Source: the human T2T-CHM13v2.0 reference genome, Homo sapiens. From it: DNA of 64,000 nt. A program made the position numbers and the translations under genes. The notes under the pieces were generated by a model. The model had not been told where the DNA came from. It did not search any database and was given only the letters and a program-made list of their open reading frames with translations. Each line of letters starts with the position of its first letter. Position 1 is the stretch's first letter. Below, piece by piece: positions 29,696 to 46,137 of this stretch. Where the stretch lies: assembly GCF_009914755.1 (NCBI RefSeq), contig NC_060930.1; one strand, 5' to 3'.

Positions 29696-32174
29696 AAACA
29701 CCATCAAGCAAGAATTTATCAACACCTATTTTATTCTGGATGCTGTGGTAATAATCAAAGACAGCATAGGCCAAGTGACAATAAAGAACTATAATGTATT
29801 CACGCTGTCATTCAGCAAATGCTTACTAAACATCTACCGGCTGGCACTTGCTGGGCCGTAAACTAAGGAAATGAAGATGGTGCTCTCAATCCCATATAGG
29901 AGACAGGCCTGAGCAGTGCTGGGTTACCTCAAAGCAAATCAAGTATATTTTTAGGATTCCAATGTAGGAGCGCCAAAACTAGAGACAGAAAAAAAAAGAA
30001 AGTTTTTGAAACAATTTGATCCCTGATGTGTCCTTAAATAGCATTAAAATGTTCATCAAAATAAAGGTAAGAACTTTGTAGGATTTCTTTATACTTATGA
30101 TTAACATTTTTTAATTATGTGTATAGGGAACATCAAAATATTTTTATAATATCCTAGCCCTTTAAGGTATCAACTTGGTCCAGATATTTAATTAAGTGTA
30201 AGGAATGTCCCAAAAGACCTCACAAATGGGATGGAATTTGAGTGCCTTAGAAAAAAAAGCAAGGCTCAGATAAGCAGAAGATATGAGGGAAGGTGTTCCA
30301 AATCAAAGGAACTAGGATAGCGCTAGTCAGCAGAGACAGCATCAGGACAACCACTATGGCTGTGAAAGATAAATTAACTGGGTGATGGGTCCTCTTAACA
30401 GCCCAGCTTCACTCAGATCTGCCTTCCCTGTTGAATGTGAGCACCTCAAGGGCAAGGACCATGGCCATCCTTTAGCCCCAATTACCAGTATCTACCCAGG
30501 TTTGGAGAACTGAATAAAATTCAATGTGTGCATCAACTTGCTTCTTTTAAATGCTGCAGGATACATTGCAACAAGGTGAAATTTTTAAAGCATATCTTGA
30601 CTCTGGAAACCATATGTTGTCAGGTCAAGATGGGAGGCATGCAGTGCTCTTATCTGTCTCATATTTGAATGCTTCTGACTTTTATCACAGATTAAATTTA
30701 CTGGAATTCATTTATTTCTATACATTTCTCCTTCTGTCATCCCCTCTTACTTTGTGTAGTAAATATGAGATATTTTTCTCCACAGACTCTTCACCTCAGA
30801 AAACTGTCATTATCTATTCTGTCAGTCCTAAACATCTGGAGAATTGGCAAAACTATTAGTTCAAAATTTATGATGGCATTCTTCACATTTTACAGAACAA
30901 ATTCTGGTAATGTTTACTATTTCCAATATCTGGAGGACTGTTATTTACTATATATGCTTTTTTTCACAGGAGAAAAGTTTATATCACTACCTTGCTATGC
31001 TTCTTAGAAACATTTTTAAAGTATTATATAGGGTCACAATTCTATCAGTGTTTTTGTAAGAGCTTGAATTCATACTCATGGTGTTTGAAAGAATTTGTTT
31101 TTCTCTAGGCAGAGCTAAGATTGAAATTAGATTTCACGAAGATGACAGTTTTCAAGACATTTGAAGGCAGTCTTTTTAAATTCTAGGAAAATAAAATATC
31201 TTAGTTCTGACATTCAGATATCAATGTAGGCTAGTTGCTAGTGAGTGAGCACTAATCAGTCGTAACTTTCTTCTGCTGAATCTGAACACCACCTCCAAAT
31301 ACTCAGCCCAGCACTCCATCAGTAAGCACCCATGAGTTGAAGTTTATATGAGGTGAGACTATTCGCATTTCCCATTATATCTGAAGTACCTCACTTGTAG
31401 CAGTTAAGAAAAATAAATATAATCCTATAATATTTACAGAGATATTAGTACCCTATCAAATTCTGCTTAGTGCTACTAATCCCCATAGACCCTTTCAACA
31501 CTTTGTTAAGAAATAGTGAAATTTGATTAACCCTATTCTAGAAGGGATTGTAGTTAATGAGAGCTTAGCAACTAAGAAAGTTCACGGGGGGTAAGAAGAA
31601 ACATAGCAAAGTCCCCTTGGCCTCTTTCATAACCATACTATTGAGGAAGGAAAAAGAAAAGGAGGCAAAAATTGACAAAGTAAATATTGGAAACTTGGAA
31701 GTCAGAAAATATGTTTATACAAAGGGAAAGCAAAACACATTTACTGTTGAGGCAAGACAACCAAATACAAAGTAAATAAACACATATAGAACAAATATGG
31801 CAAATATATAGAATGCATGCTCCCCAACCCCTTTCCACAGCCATGGCAAATACCAATTATCAATTCACAGCAATTCTCATGCTGAGCCCATGTGCAATCT
31901 TAGCCCAACACAGTGTCAGTATAATCACTGAAACATGAGATGAGATAAGGCTTAGTTGTCATTCCCAGTCTTGCATCTGTTGCTAAAGCTTTCTTAGGTT
32001 TTTTACTATACTGTATATAAAAAGCTAGGGCTCTCCAAGGCACACAAGTCTTAAAACTTGCCACAAGTTAGCAGTGAGGCAGATAAGCTGATCTCATCCA
32101 ACCTCCCTTCAATAGCAAAGGAAAAAGAAAACTAACTTATATTTCTCTAATGCTCCGTAATGTATAAGGAGCTT

Positions 32175-32725
32175 TATCAGCACTACCCAACAGAATTTTG
32201 AGCAATAATAGAAACATATATATATATATATGTTCAATCCAATATGGCAGCCACTAATCACATGTGCCTATTGAGCATTTGAAAATTAGCACTAGTATAA
32301 CTGAGGAACTGATTTTTACTATAATTAAGTTTAACTGGCCATGTGTCTTAGTCATTTTGTGCTGCTACAACAAAATAGCAAGATGGGTAATTTATAAAGA
32401 ACAGAAATTTATTTTCTCATAGTTCTGGAGCCTGAGAATTCCAAAATCAAGACATTAGCAGGTTTGGTTGTCTGGTGAGAGCTACATCCTCCACAGGGTA
32501 AGAATACAGTGTCCTCACATGGCAGAAGGCAGAGAGGCAAGCTCACCAAATGTGTGAAACCTTTTATAAGGGTCTTAATCTCATTCATGAAGGAGGAGCC
32601 TTCACGGCCCTATCACCTCTTAAAGGCTCCACCTTTTAGTACTAACACATTGGCAACACCTGACTTTCGGAGAGGACATAGTTAAACCATAGCACTATAT
32701 ATGGCTGCTATATTGAATAGCACAG
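32175..32725. mobile_element. MER3-type hAT MITE interrupted by an MST-type MaLR LTR (32344-32694, -)
   Basis: CCAATATGGCAGCCACTAATCACATGTG...; MST TGTCTTAGTC...AAACCATAGCA; MER3 resumes TGGCTGCTATATTGAATAGCACAG. Confidence 0.75.
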
Positions 32726-33019
32726 GTATCCATATTATCTAATTTGATCTTCACAATAACTTTGTCAAGTAGGTCATCTCCATTAAAAAGAGAAGGTAAA
32801 GAGACACAGAAATATTGACTTGCCAACATTACAAAGCTAGAGAGTGACCAAATGTATACTTGAATCTCATTCTTTCAGAATCTAAGTTATCAGACCCTTC
32901 TTTGGTACCACATCAAACTTGAGGTAGGTATGGATCAAAAGAGGACCATGCCCTGAAACTAGTGGTTCTATGCAGCCCACTATGAGTTTACCACGGGAAG
33001 TACACTGCAAAGAACTAAC

Positions 33020-33480
33020 TCTGAAAATCTGAGATTTTACCCTATTTGTAAGCTAACAAATTAGCATGCCAATTTCATGAAAGCCAGCAGAACACAGAAG
33101 ACTCCTGGATCAGAGTAAAAGGACTTTATTACTCACAGTAATAGCAGTAGACAGGGTATGAACATTTTCTTACAGCAACTTCCCAAGCCCGAATTCCCAC
33201 AGAATGATGGATGCAGAGGGCCGGATGACTCTTGTGCATGCAGTGGGTTGCATTACAGTTTGCAAACTTACCTTAGAAAACCTAAATCATTTATAGTAGG
33301 CAGAAAGCATGCCTACTCCTTATTCCAAAGCGGAGTATTATCTTTATCATAATAAACAGTAAGCATGACTCCCTTTCTCTATATCTATCCTCCAAGGATG
33401 CTGTCTATACAAGCATCCTTGAAATGATAACCTGAAATGAAGGAAGTCCCAAAACATGCATAAATGTGAGAAACCACACA
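33020..33480 (-). mobile_element. Old ERV LTR (MER90/MER110-like; subfamily uncertain)
   Basis: CTGAGATTTTACCCTATTTGTAAGCTAACAAATTAGC...AAAGGACTTTATTACTCACAG. Confidence 0.5.
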
Positions 33481-35194
33481 CCACTTCTTCTCCTGTTTGG
33501 TGAAAAACTATTTTCTCCTGTTTTGTCACCAAAGAGTAGAAAATAAGCCAAGAAAAGAGAAAGATGACTAAATATCAACATAAGAGCCAAGTTGAGGTGT
33601 AAGTGTGTATGTTTGATAGAAAGACTACGTGTTCAAAGTTAAAACCAGGAATTAATGTTAAGCCAGGAAATTAAAGTGAAAGTAAATTTGGGAAATAATA
33701 GTGCCATATAAGTGTGATGAATCACTGACATTTTTATTGGGCATTAACAACACGTTTTTAAATATAATTTCCCCCAAACTAGAGGCTACTTCTTTCTTGG
33801 AACTGAATGATAAATACATGCACATACCCCTTACCCAAGGCAGCCATCTGTTCTAAGGGATCCTCCAGGTTACTGTCCCTACCCCGACACCACACTGCCT
33901 CCCAGATGTCCTTCTCCCTGAAGCCAGCCCCAGATCTTCTCTCCCCAAGCAGCTCTCCTTTTTGCCTGTCTTCCTGAGTACCGGTCCCCAAATCACCAAA
34001 TTCTACCTTGAACATATTGAATGAAAGTGTGCAGTGCCTTATGCCCTGATGAGAAGTGGTCTTGGAAGATGTTTTCTGCACCAACTTAAGAAGCTATCAC
34101 AAAATCATGATAAAAAAAATGATGAGCTATTTATACTTTGCAGACATAGGTGGTTGTTGGAAGAAAAGAGTGCCTTAGGAATCAAATAACTGGTATTGGA
34201 GGATTCCTGTGACTTTGTAAAATTCAATTAAATATCCAGGGGAAAATAATAGACAACATTGTCACCTGAGGATACATTATTGGTCCTTGTTGAAAAAGCA
34301 GTAGTTTCTAACCAGTTCCTTCCTAACCTATTTGCCATTAATTTCTGGAAGTTACAAACTGTAATAACAATTACCATAACACTGACTGTAGCATAAAAAC
34401 CATAGGATGTTAGCCCCAAAAGATGGTCAGAAATAATGAGGTGCTAATTTTACAGATAGGGAAACAGAGACCTGAAGCAAGGAGTGTCTTTTTCAGAGTC
34501 ACACAACCAATCATTAATGTATCTAAGACACATTTGCAGGAGGATTCTGTTCTTCACTCCTCCATTTTTATACAACATACTATCTCTTGCTTTTCAACCT
34601 ACAGTAAGTTGAGCCAAAAAAAAAAGATACCTACAAATCTCCTTCTTGAACATGCCCTTTGAGGTGGCTGGAACAGTATCAAGTGGTCTGAGATAGCAAT
34701 GCACTAGGTGGAAGCTTAGATAGATGGCACTAAGTGGAAGCCTAGTAGGAAACCTCAGCCCTGCAGGCAGCTTCCATGTGTATTCCCTTGGGTCTGCCAC
34801 AAAAGCATGTTGCACTACAAAAGATTCAAAAGGCAAATGTGTGCACAGCACAGGAGGGAGCCCAGTTCTTCTCTGAGGAGTTTCCTACTTCAGTGGTGTT
34901 ATTAAGCTGGGTCAAAAGAAAGTCATTTCATTTTTTTAAAATATGCTAATACAACCTCAAGCACCAGCTAGCTTAAATGATAGGCATTTCATAAAGTTCA
35001 TTTTTATTATTCTCAGCTGAAAAGTAAATAACACCCTACAGGTGTCCTTCATATAAAAATGATGTATTTGCCTTCAATGGAGACTCTGTATTGACTAAAA
35101 CCTTATCTGTATTTCACAAGACAGATCATTTTTCCCCATCACCTTTCAAAGAGGTGTTGTTGCCAGTCTATACAGGACAAACGAAAACAGTCTA

Positions 35195-36195
35195 ATAAAA
35201 GAAATGGTTCAGCAGGAACTAACTGAAAGAGTTCCCAGTGACCAAAACTGGAACAACTTGAGCAATAAAATAAATAACCTAGTATTGGATTATAACCCAA
35301 AGAATAAAATAAATAGCCATGAGTTCATACTTATATAAATAAACATAAATAGGCATCAATAGTGTATTTATAAAATAATTTCCCCAGAACTAAAGGCTAC
35401 TGCCCCCTTGGGACTGAATCATAAATATATGCACAGTAAATATCAATATAAATAAATGACTGAACAAATAAAGTAGGGGAGAAGAGATAAATCTTCCTTT
35501 CAGAATTCCATATAATGTATGTTCATATTCTCCCTCTCCAAAAGGCAGAGCTTAATTCCTCAGTTTTGGAGGTAGACTAGACTTAGTGATTCACTTCTTA
35601 AAAAATAGAGCAGGGAAAGGGAAAAATAGTAACTTTATAGTGGAGAATCATGGCAAATGCTACCTTAACCAAATGATGACAGTTAACACCACCAGTAATG
35701 TCAAGTGAATATCATGTTCTCTAATATGATCTAATGAGAAGGGCTTGACTTCTGAGATACTCTTCACCAAAACTTATAACCCCAGTCTAAACATGAGGGA
35801 AAACATCAGATAAACTGAGATCAGGGGGACATTTTTTTCTACAGAATACCTGGCCAGTATTCCTTAAGACAGTCAGTCATGAGAAACAAGCAAAGATTAG
35901 AAAGTCACAGACCAGAAGAGACTGGGGAGATAAGAAAAATTAAATACAATGTGGTGTCCTGAATTGGAACAGAAAGAAGACATTAATGCAAAAACTATTA
36001 AATCCAAATAAAATCTGAAGTTTAGTTAATAGTAACGAGCCAATGTCTTTTTCTTAATTTTGAAAAATGTACCATGGTAATACAAGAAGTTAACAATGGG
36101 TAAAACTGAATGAGGGGTATATATGAACTCTCTGTACTTTCTTTACAGCTCTTCTATAAATATAAATTTCTACCAAAATAAAAAGTTTATTTCTT
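35195..36195 (+). mobile_element. L1MC-type 3' UTR
   Basis: TTCCCAGTGACCAAAACTGGAACAA...GAACTCTCTGTACT...CAAAATAAAAAGTTTATTT. Confidence 0.8.
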
Positions 36196-39100
36196 AAAAT
36201 AGATGGTGCAAATGTATCTTATTGCATGCTCTTCCCTGGAGCATGGTAGAGTTTTATAGTGAATGCATTGCCAAATCCAAGGAAGACAGAAGACTTGAGA
36301 AAACTAAATACTTTCAGCAGCCAGGGGTGGAGTGGTGACAACAAGCTGTAGAATAAAAGGAAAAGTGATGTTTGTTCAGTGAAGAACAAACTAAGTCTTA
36401 TTTGTGTAGTGGTCTCAGAAGCAGAATATGTTCTAAACAAAGAGTTAAGGAAGGTAAAAGCTCAAACCAACAAGTAAACCAGATTTCACAGAAACACAAA
36501 TGTGTAGCGGCTGTCCAATAATGATTATGTTTAATAGTAGAATAGACTCCAGTTGCAAACATATGTTTTATACAAACTCTTCAAATTGGAGACATTTCTC
36601 TAAATTTTCCTTGTAAATTGTGCAGGATATTACATCTGACTTTCATATTATCATCTCAAAAGTGGTGAAACCATTTTGCCAATCACTTGCATCACCTTTC
36701 TGCCACCCTGCCTTCTAAATTACTTCCTTTTCCCACTCAGGCCATCCTCTACTTTCAATTCCAAAGGTTTCAGTTCCTACCCAAACTGTCCCCCTCTACC
36801 CATCCCACTTACAACCCTTAGTCTCATTAGAAAAATCTCAACCACCCGCTTGCCTTTAACACCTTTTTCTGGATTTGCCTTCTAAACAATAATCCCTTCG
36901 AAATGACTTTGTGAATGAATGCAACTGATTTAAAGGGTAAAGAGAAATGTATCTGCTTTCTACAAAAGCTTTATGTAGATAGGGAAAATTACTTGTATAA
37001 CTTGCCCTTTTTCTCCTCATCTTTCTATAGAAACATAGAGTTGTGTTTCCAAAAATTCCAAGGAAGGCCTGGGCATAGCTTGTAATACATGTGGTATGGA
37101 GGTTATTAAAAACAGTTTTTCAATTCAAGTTCTCAAGCCTACTATGAATGTTTACCAAAGAACGACGTGAACTGGACTGACAAATGCATTATACTTTGGT
37201 CAATATATATTAGGTTCACATTTTGTTTTATCACCTTGATGGCTGAAGAATAAATTTAAAAGGGATGGACTAAACATTCAAAGACGCAAACACGAGTAAA
37301 TACTTCAGAGTTCAATATGTAGATAACAAATCCATCAGCATATAAACATGTTCAGCAAACAACAGACTGAACAAATGTTTATTGAGTATCTCTTAGGTGT
37401 CAGGAAATGTGCAAGCACTTTGGCAAATGCTGTCCCATTTAATTCTCTCTATAAATGTGTAAGGTAGGTATAATTATCCTCATTTTTCAAATTGTAAAAC
37501 CAAGCTTCCAAAGATTAAGTAACTTACCCAAGGAGAATTGATGTGTTACTTAAGTAATATTAGTTCCAAAATATCAGTGGCTTAACACAATAAAATATTG
37601 AAATGTTTCTCACTCATATCACCATTCAATGCAAGTCAGTGGTGGGTGTGGCTAAGAATATTCTATCCCACTCGTCCATTCAGGGACCCAAAATACTTTC
37701 ATCCCATGTCTCTGCCCTCCCCTAGGTCCCCAGAGACCTCTCCATCCAATAGCTAGATGGAGATTAAGAGCACATTAAAGGTTTTTTTGTGCAAGACCTG
37801 GAAGTAGCACATACCACTTATGCTCAAAGTTCATTCTCCAAAAGAAGAACCAGAAAAGGAACAGCCAAGCAAGAAGAAAACTTTCAGACAATGGGTAAAA
37901 CTGGGTGACAGTATATAAGAACTCTCTGTACTATCTTTACACTTTTCTATAAATATAAAATTTTACCAAAATAAAAAGTTTATTTAAAAAAAAAAAGATG
38001 GTATAAATGTATCTCATTGCAAGCTCCTGCCTGGAGAATGGTGGGGTTTTATAACCAATGCATTGTGAAATCCAAGGAGGACAGTTAAAGAAACCTTGGG
38101 AAAACTAAATGCCTTCAGCAGCCAGGTGTGGAGTGGTGACAACAGGCTGCAGAATGAGAGGAAAAACGATGTTTGCTCTTCACAGAGCAAGTGAACTATT
38201 ATTCGTGTAGGAGTCTGAGAAGCAGAATATGTTCTAAATTTTACTAACTGTAGCCACTATATTTCTACCAAGCACTACCCAAAAAAAAAAAAAAAGTGAC
38301 TCTATCTCCTCCCCTGCCAGAAAAGGCCAAATTTGCTTTCCTTCTACCACTGCATGGCAGCAATCATCCAGCACTCCTCTTCTCTCCCTGGAGCAACGTC
38401 AGAGGAAGACTGCTACAACAGAAGATTCAAAGAAGATCCAGAGTCTCATAATATAATACCCAAAATGTCCAGGTTGTAATAAAAAGTCAGTCATCATATC
38501 AAAGACCAGGAAAATTTAACTTAAATGAGAAAAAAAAAATCTGCAGACGAAAAGGATTTTTGAAGCCCATAGCAAAAACATCTCAGTGAAGAATTATGAG
38601 CACACTTGAAACAAATAAAATAACAGAAAATCTTGTCAAAGAAATAGAAGACATAAAGAAGAACCAAGTTGACATTTTACAATGGAAAAAAATACAATAA
38701 CTGAAATTAAAGAGCTCAGTTTATGGACTCAAGAGCAGCATGGAAAACAGAGGAAAAGATCGGTGAACTTAAAGATAGAAAAATGGAAATTACCTAATCT
38801 AATGACAGAAATAAAATAAACAGAAGAAAATCAACAGAGTATTGGGGACTTGTGAGATGTAACAGAAGATCTAACATCCATGTCAGTGGAGTCTCATAAG
38901 GGAGAAAGAAGACGGGGCTGAAAAAGTATTTTTTAAAATAATGGCTAAAAATGTCCCATTTTGGCAAAAGATAGAGAAAAAGATTCAAAGAGTTGAGCAA
39001 ACCACAAATATAATAAGTCAAAAAAATCACACCAGACATATCGCAGTTAAATTTCTGAAAATTAAAGACAAACAAAAAATCTTGCAGCTGTGAAAGAGAA

Positions 39101-39847
39101 ATGACACCATACCTATCAGAAGAAAAAAAAATTGAATGACAAGGTTTTTCAGCAGAAACCATGGAGACCAGAAAATCCTGGCACAACATTTTTCAAGTGC
39201 TCACAGAAAAGAACTGTCAACCCAGAATTCTACATGCAAAGAAAATATCCTTCACTAATGAAGGATTCAATACAGTCTTAGGTGAAGGGAAACTAAGGGA
39301 ATTTGCCTGAAGATCTACACTAAAAGAATAGCTAAAGAAAGTTCTCTAGACAGAAATGATAAGGAGAAATCTTAGACCATCAGGAAAAAAGGAAAAAAAC
39401 AGAAAGAGTGAAAATATGAATCAATGAAATATGCTTTCATTTTCCTCTTGTTTTCTAAATTATGTTTGATAGTTAAAGCAAAATTGTAACAGTCTGATGT
39501 GGTTCTCAGTGGATGTAGAGGAAATATTTAAGATAATTTTATTATAAATGGAAAGAGGGTAAAATTATATAAAGGAAGTAAGGTTTCTATACTGCACTTG
39601 AACTGGAAACTGGTAACACCAACAGATGGGATAAGTTGTGTATATATCATATAATATCTAGAGCAACTACTAAAAGAGCTCTACAAAGAGGTAAATCCAA
39701 AAACACTAAAAGTAAATTATGATGAATTCCCTTTAAAATGTCCCCAAGTAACCCACAGGAGCTGAGAGAAATAAACAGAAAAACATAAACAGTGAAAACA
39801 AATGAAAACCAAAAAATAAAATGGCATACTTAAGGATTAACATATCA

Positions 39848-40455
<608 letters not shown>

Positions 40456-42419
40456 CTAAATGTAACTAGGTAGGTTGAAAGTAAAAGAGTAGAAAAAGAT
40501 ATGCCATGAAAAGATTAATCAAAGGCAGTAGGAGTGTCTATATTAATATCAGATAAAATGGACTTCAGAGTAAAGAAAATTACCACAGAAAGAGAATGAC
40601 ATTACATAATGATAAAAAGCTCACTCCACCAAGAAGACATAGCAATTCTAAATGTTCATAAACAAAATAGCACCTGCAAAATACGTGAAGCAAAATTTAA
40701 CAGAACTGCAAAGAGAAACTGGCAAATCCACAACTAGAACTGGAGACTTCCATACCCCACTCAAAAACTGACAGAACAAAATGACAGAAAATCAAAAGGA
40801 GTATAAAGGAAACCAAAAATACCATCAACCAACAAGATCTAATCAATATTTATAAAACACTTCAAACAACAGCAGAATAATCATTCTTTTCAAGGCCCCA
40901 TGATAAACCTTATCTTGGACCATAAAATAGACCTCAGAAAACTCAAAAGAACTAAATTAACACAAAGTATGTCCTCTGACCACAATGGAACCCAACTAGA
41001 AATCAACAACAGAAGTATAACAGGAAAATCTCTAAACAGAAACTAAACAACACACTTCTAAATAATTAATATGCCAAAGAAGCAACTCAGGAGAAATCTT
41101 TAAATACTTTAAATTTTTATAGAGAAAATCAATGAAAGGTTGTTTTTCTTTAAAAGATCAATAAAATTGACAAACCTTATAACTGACATAGAAAAATAAA
41201 AGATTGTTATTTTGTTATCAAATTATTGATATCAGTAATATCAGTAAAATGTTATCAAATTATTGGTATCAGTAATGAATCAGGGAATATCATTACAGGC
41301 CTGCAAATATGAAAGAGATAAGAGAATACTAAGGACAATTCTGTACATGTAAATATAACAACTTAAATGAAATTGATCAATACCTCAAAAAGCGTGAACT
41401 ATTACAATTCACCCAAACAGTTTAAATAGGCCTATAACTACTAAGAAAATTGTATTAATAATCTTAAAACTCCTGAAAAAGTAATCTCCAGGCCTAGATT
41501 GTTTCTCTAGAGAATTCTATCAAAAGATTAAAGAATTAACACCAGTTACACAATCTCTTGCAGAAAATAGAAAAGGAACACTTTCCAACTCATTTTATGA
41601 AGCCGGTATACCAAGCAAAGGCAGTAAAAAAAAAGTTAGAGATCAATATCTTCCATGAATATAGACATTCAAGTCCTTAACAAAATATTATCAAAAGAAT
41701 TCAGCAATATATAAAAAGAATTATACAGCACAAACAAGCGAGATTTATTCTAGAAATGCAAGGCTGTATAATCCACCAGATTAACAAGCTATAGAAGAAA
41801 AATCACATGATGATATCAATCAACACAGAAAAATTATTTGACAAATTTTAACATTCATTCATTATAAAAAAGATTCACATAAAAGTAGTAGTAGAGGAAT
41901 ACTTCCTTAACTTGATAAAGAACATTGACATGAAACCTAAAGTTAACATGATTCTTAATAGAGAATAACTAAATGCTTTCTCTCTAAGATAGGGAATAAG
42001 ATAAAAATGTCTGCTCTTACTACTAATATTCAACATAGTACTGGTAGATCTAACCGCTAAAATAAGACGAGAATAAAAAAGAGAAGACATACATATGAGA
42101 AAGAAGAAATAAAAATGTTCATATTTCAAATGACATAATCATTTATGAAGAAAATTTCAAATAATCTACAAAAAAACTCATATCTAATAAGTTAGTTCAG
42201 CAAGGTAGCATAATACAAGATCAATACCCAAAATAAAAGATATTTTTATATCCTAAAAATATATATGTGAAAACCGAAATTTCAAACACAATGCCATTTG
42301 CAATTATTCTAAAATAAAATAAAATACTTAGGTGTAAATCTAACATAACATATGCAGGACTTGTATGCTAAAAATTACAAAATGCTAATGAAATGAATCA
42401 AAAAAGGCTTGGACAAATA

Positions 42420-43975
<1,556 letters not shown>

Positions 43976-44975
43976 GTTTTGGGGTTTTTTTGTTTTGTTT
44001 TTCAAAAATAGGTTTTAAGATATACCAAATAAACTATACAGATATCCTCTAACAATACAAAAAAATTAAAAATGAGGTTAAAGTATATAGCAAAAGCCAA
44101 ATATGACAATACACATGAATAATTTATAAAACAAGGCTTTTAATCCTAAATAACTAAAATGGGGAGACCTCACTGAGGGCTAACATACATAAAATGAGGA
44201 CTAATAGCAAGGAACAATCCTAAACATTTTCCCATGTGACTGACTAAGCCACAAAAAGCACCTTAGAAAAACTATTAGAGTAATTTTTTTCTACTCAGTT
44301 ACCACCATCTTTTCCTTTTCACCTTTTCCCTGATTTTCTCTACCAATGGTTTTTCTTTGGTTTGATCAGTTGAACCCAAAAGATTTGGAACCTAAAATGA
44401 GTATCAACTCTTATTGGAATAGCGCTTGGGAAATGCAATCCTAGAAAAGGCAAATTTTTACCTGAGGTAGCTTGAGAAAGTTCAGCATCCATTCTCAGTG
44501 TGAGAGCATCTCCCATGTTAATCACTAGGTTAATAGCTGTGCTTGGCTAGATTACATGACCCTGCATGATACTGGAGTGCTCCCTGGTGAGGTGCTACTA
44601 TCTACACAAACACCTGCCCATTAAGCCTTCAATAAATACAAAGCACCATTTTAAACCATTTCACTAGAATAAATTTTTAAAATATATCATTTCTTCTGGC
44701 CTAACTTGCTTCTTCAGATGGGCTGGGGTGCTGCTCATGACACGGAAGACATAACAGCTAATGTGTGGCTATTTCAAGCTCTTTAGACTTCAGCACTTCC
44801 CACTTATCAAGCCTCAGTACTTTTTTGCAGCAATAATGGTATTTTCCATTAACATTCCCTCTGTCATGGGACCAACACCCCCAGTAACAGGAATGATGTA
44901 ACTGGCTTTTTTCCTGACTCCTTAAAATTCCACATCTCCAACCAACTTGAGTTTGCCAGTTATGGGACCTTGACC
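43976..44975 (-). pseudogene. MTHFD2: 5'-truncated processed pseudogene of MTHFD2 (C-terminal ~70 codons plus 3' UTR)
   Basis: Minus strand 44975-44758 reads [50 protein letters not shown]/(1-bp frameshift)[20 protein letters not shown], versus MTHFD2 ...[64 protein letters not shown]. About 750 nt of AT-rich UTR-like sequence follows, then an A-rich tract. Confidence 0.9.
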
Positions 44976-46137
44976 TCTCTTTTTTCCCAGATCAATGACT
45001 GCTGAAAAAGGGGTCAATTCAGCTAGAAGATAAAACAATTGTAATATAAAATTATTTTTAAAAAGAACTTCCAAAACCTAGAGTAATAAATCAATATTCA
45101 AGTACAAGAAGACGATTAAACACCAAGCAGGTTTAACCCAAATAAGACCACCTCAAAACATTTAATAATCAAACTCCCAAAGGATAAAGATTTTTGAAAG
45201 GACTCTAAAAGCAGGAAGAGAAAAGAAACAACAAACAATGGAGCTCCAATATCTCCAGCAGCAGACTTTTCAGTGGAAACCTTAGAGGCCAGGAGAGAGT
45301 GGCATGACATATGTAAAATGCTGAAAGAAAATAACTTTTATCCTAAAATAGTATATCTAGCAAAAATATCCTTCAAACATGAAAGAGAAATAAAGACTTT
45401 CTCAGACAAACAATAGCTGAGGGATTTCATCAACACCAGACCTGTCCTGCAAGAAATGCAAAGGAAGTTCTTCAATCTGAAAGGGGGACATTAATGAGCA
45501 ATAATAAATCATCTGAATGTACAAAATGCACTGGAAATAGTACACAAACAAACACAATATTATAACCCTATAATTGTGGTGTGTAAACTATTCATATCTT
45601 GAGTAGAAAGATTAAGAGATAATCTATCAGAAATAATAACTACAACAACTTTGCAAAACAGACAGTTAATAAGCTATGAATAGAAACAACAAAAAGTTTA
45701 AAAGTAGGGGGATAAAGCTAACGTGTAGCATTTTTATTAGTTTTCTCTTTGCTTATTAGTTTATTATTTATGAAATTAGTCTGTTTTAAGTTATCATCAG
45801 CTTAAAATAATGGGCTGTAAGGGATTATTTGCCAGCCTCATGGTAACCAAAAATCAAAAAATATATAACAAAGACACAAAAAAGAAAACACATAAAATTA
45901 AAACATACCACCTGAGGAAATCACGTTTGCCAAAAGGAAGACAGAAAGAAAAGAAGGAAGGAAAAGAAGACCAGAAAGCAACCCAAAACAAATCAAAAAA
46001 TGGCAAGAGTAAGTCCTTACTTACGGATAGTAACACTAAATGTAAATGGACTAAACTCTCTACTCAAAAGACATAGAGTAGGTGAACGGATTTAAAAAAC
46101 AAGACCCAACAATCTGGTGCCTACAAGAAACACACTT

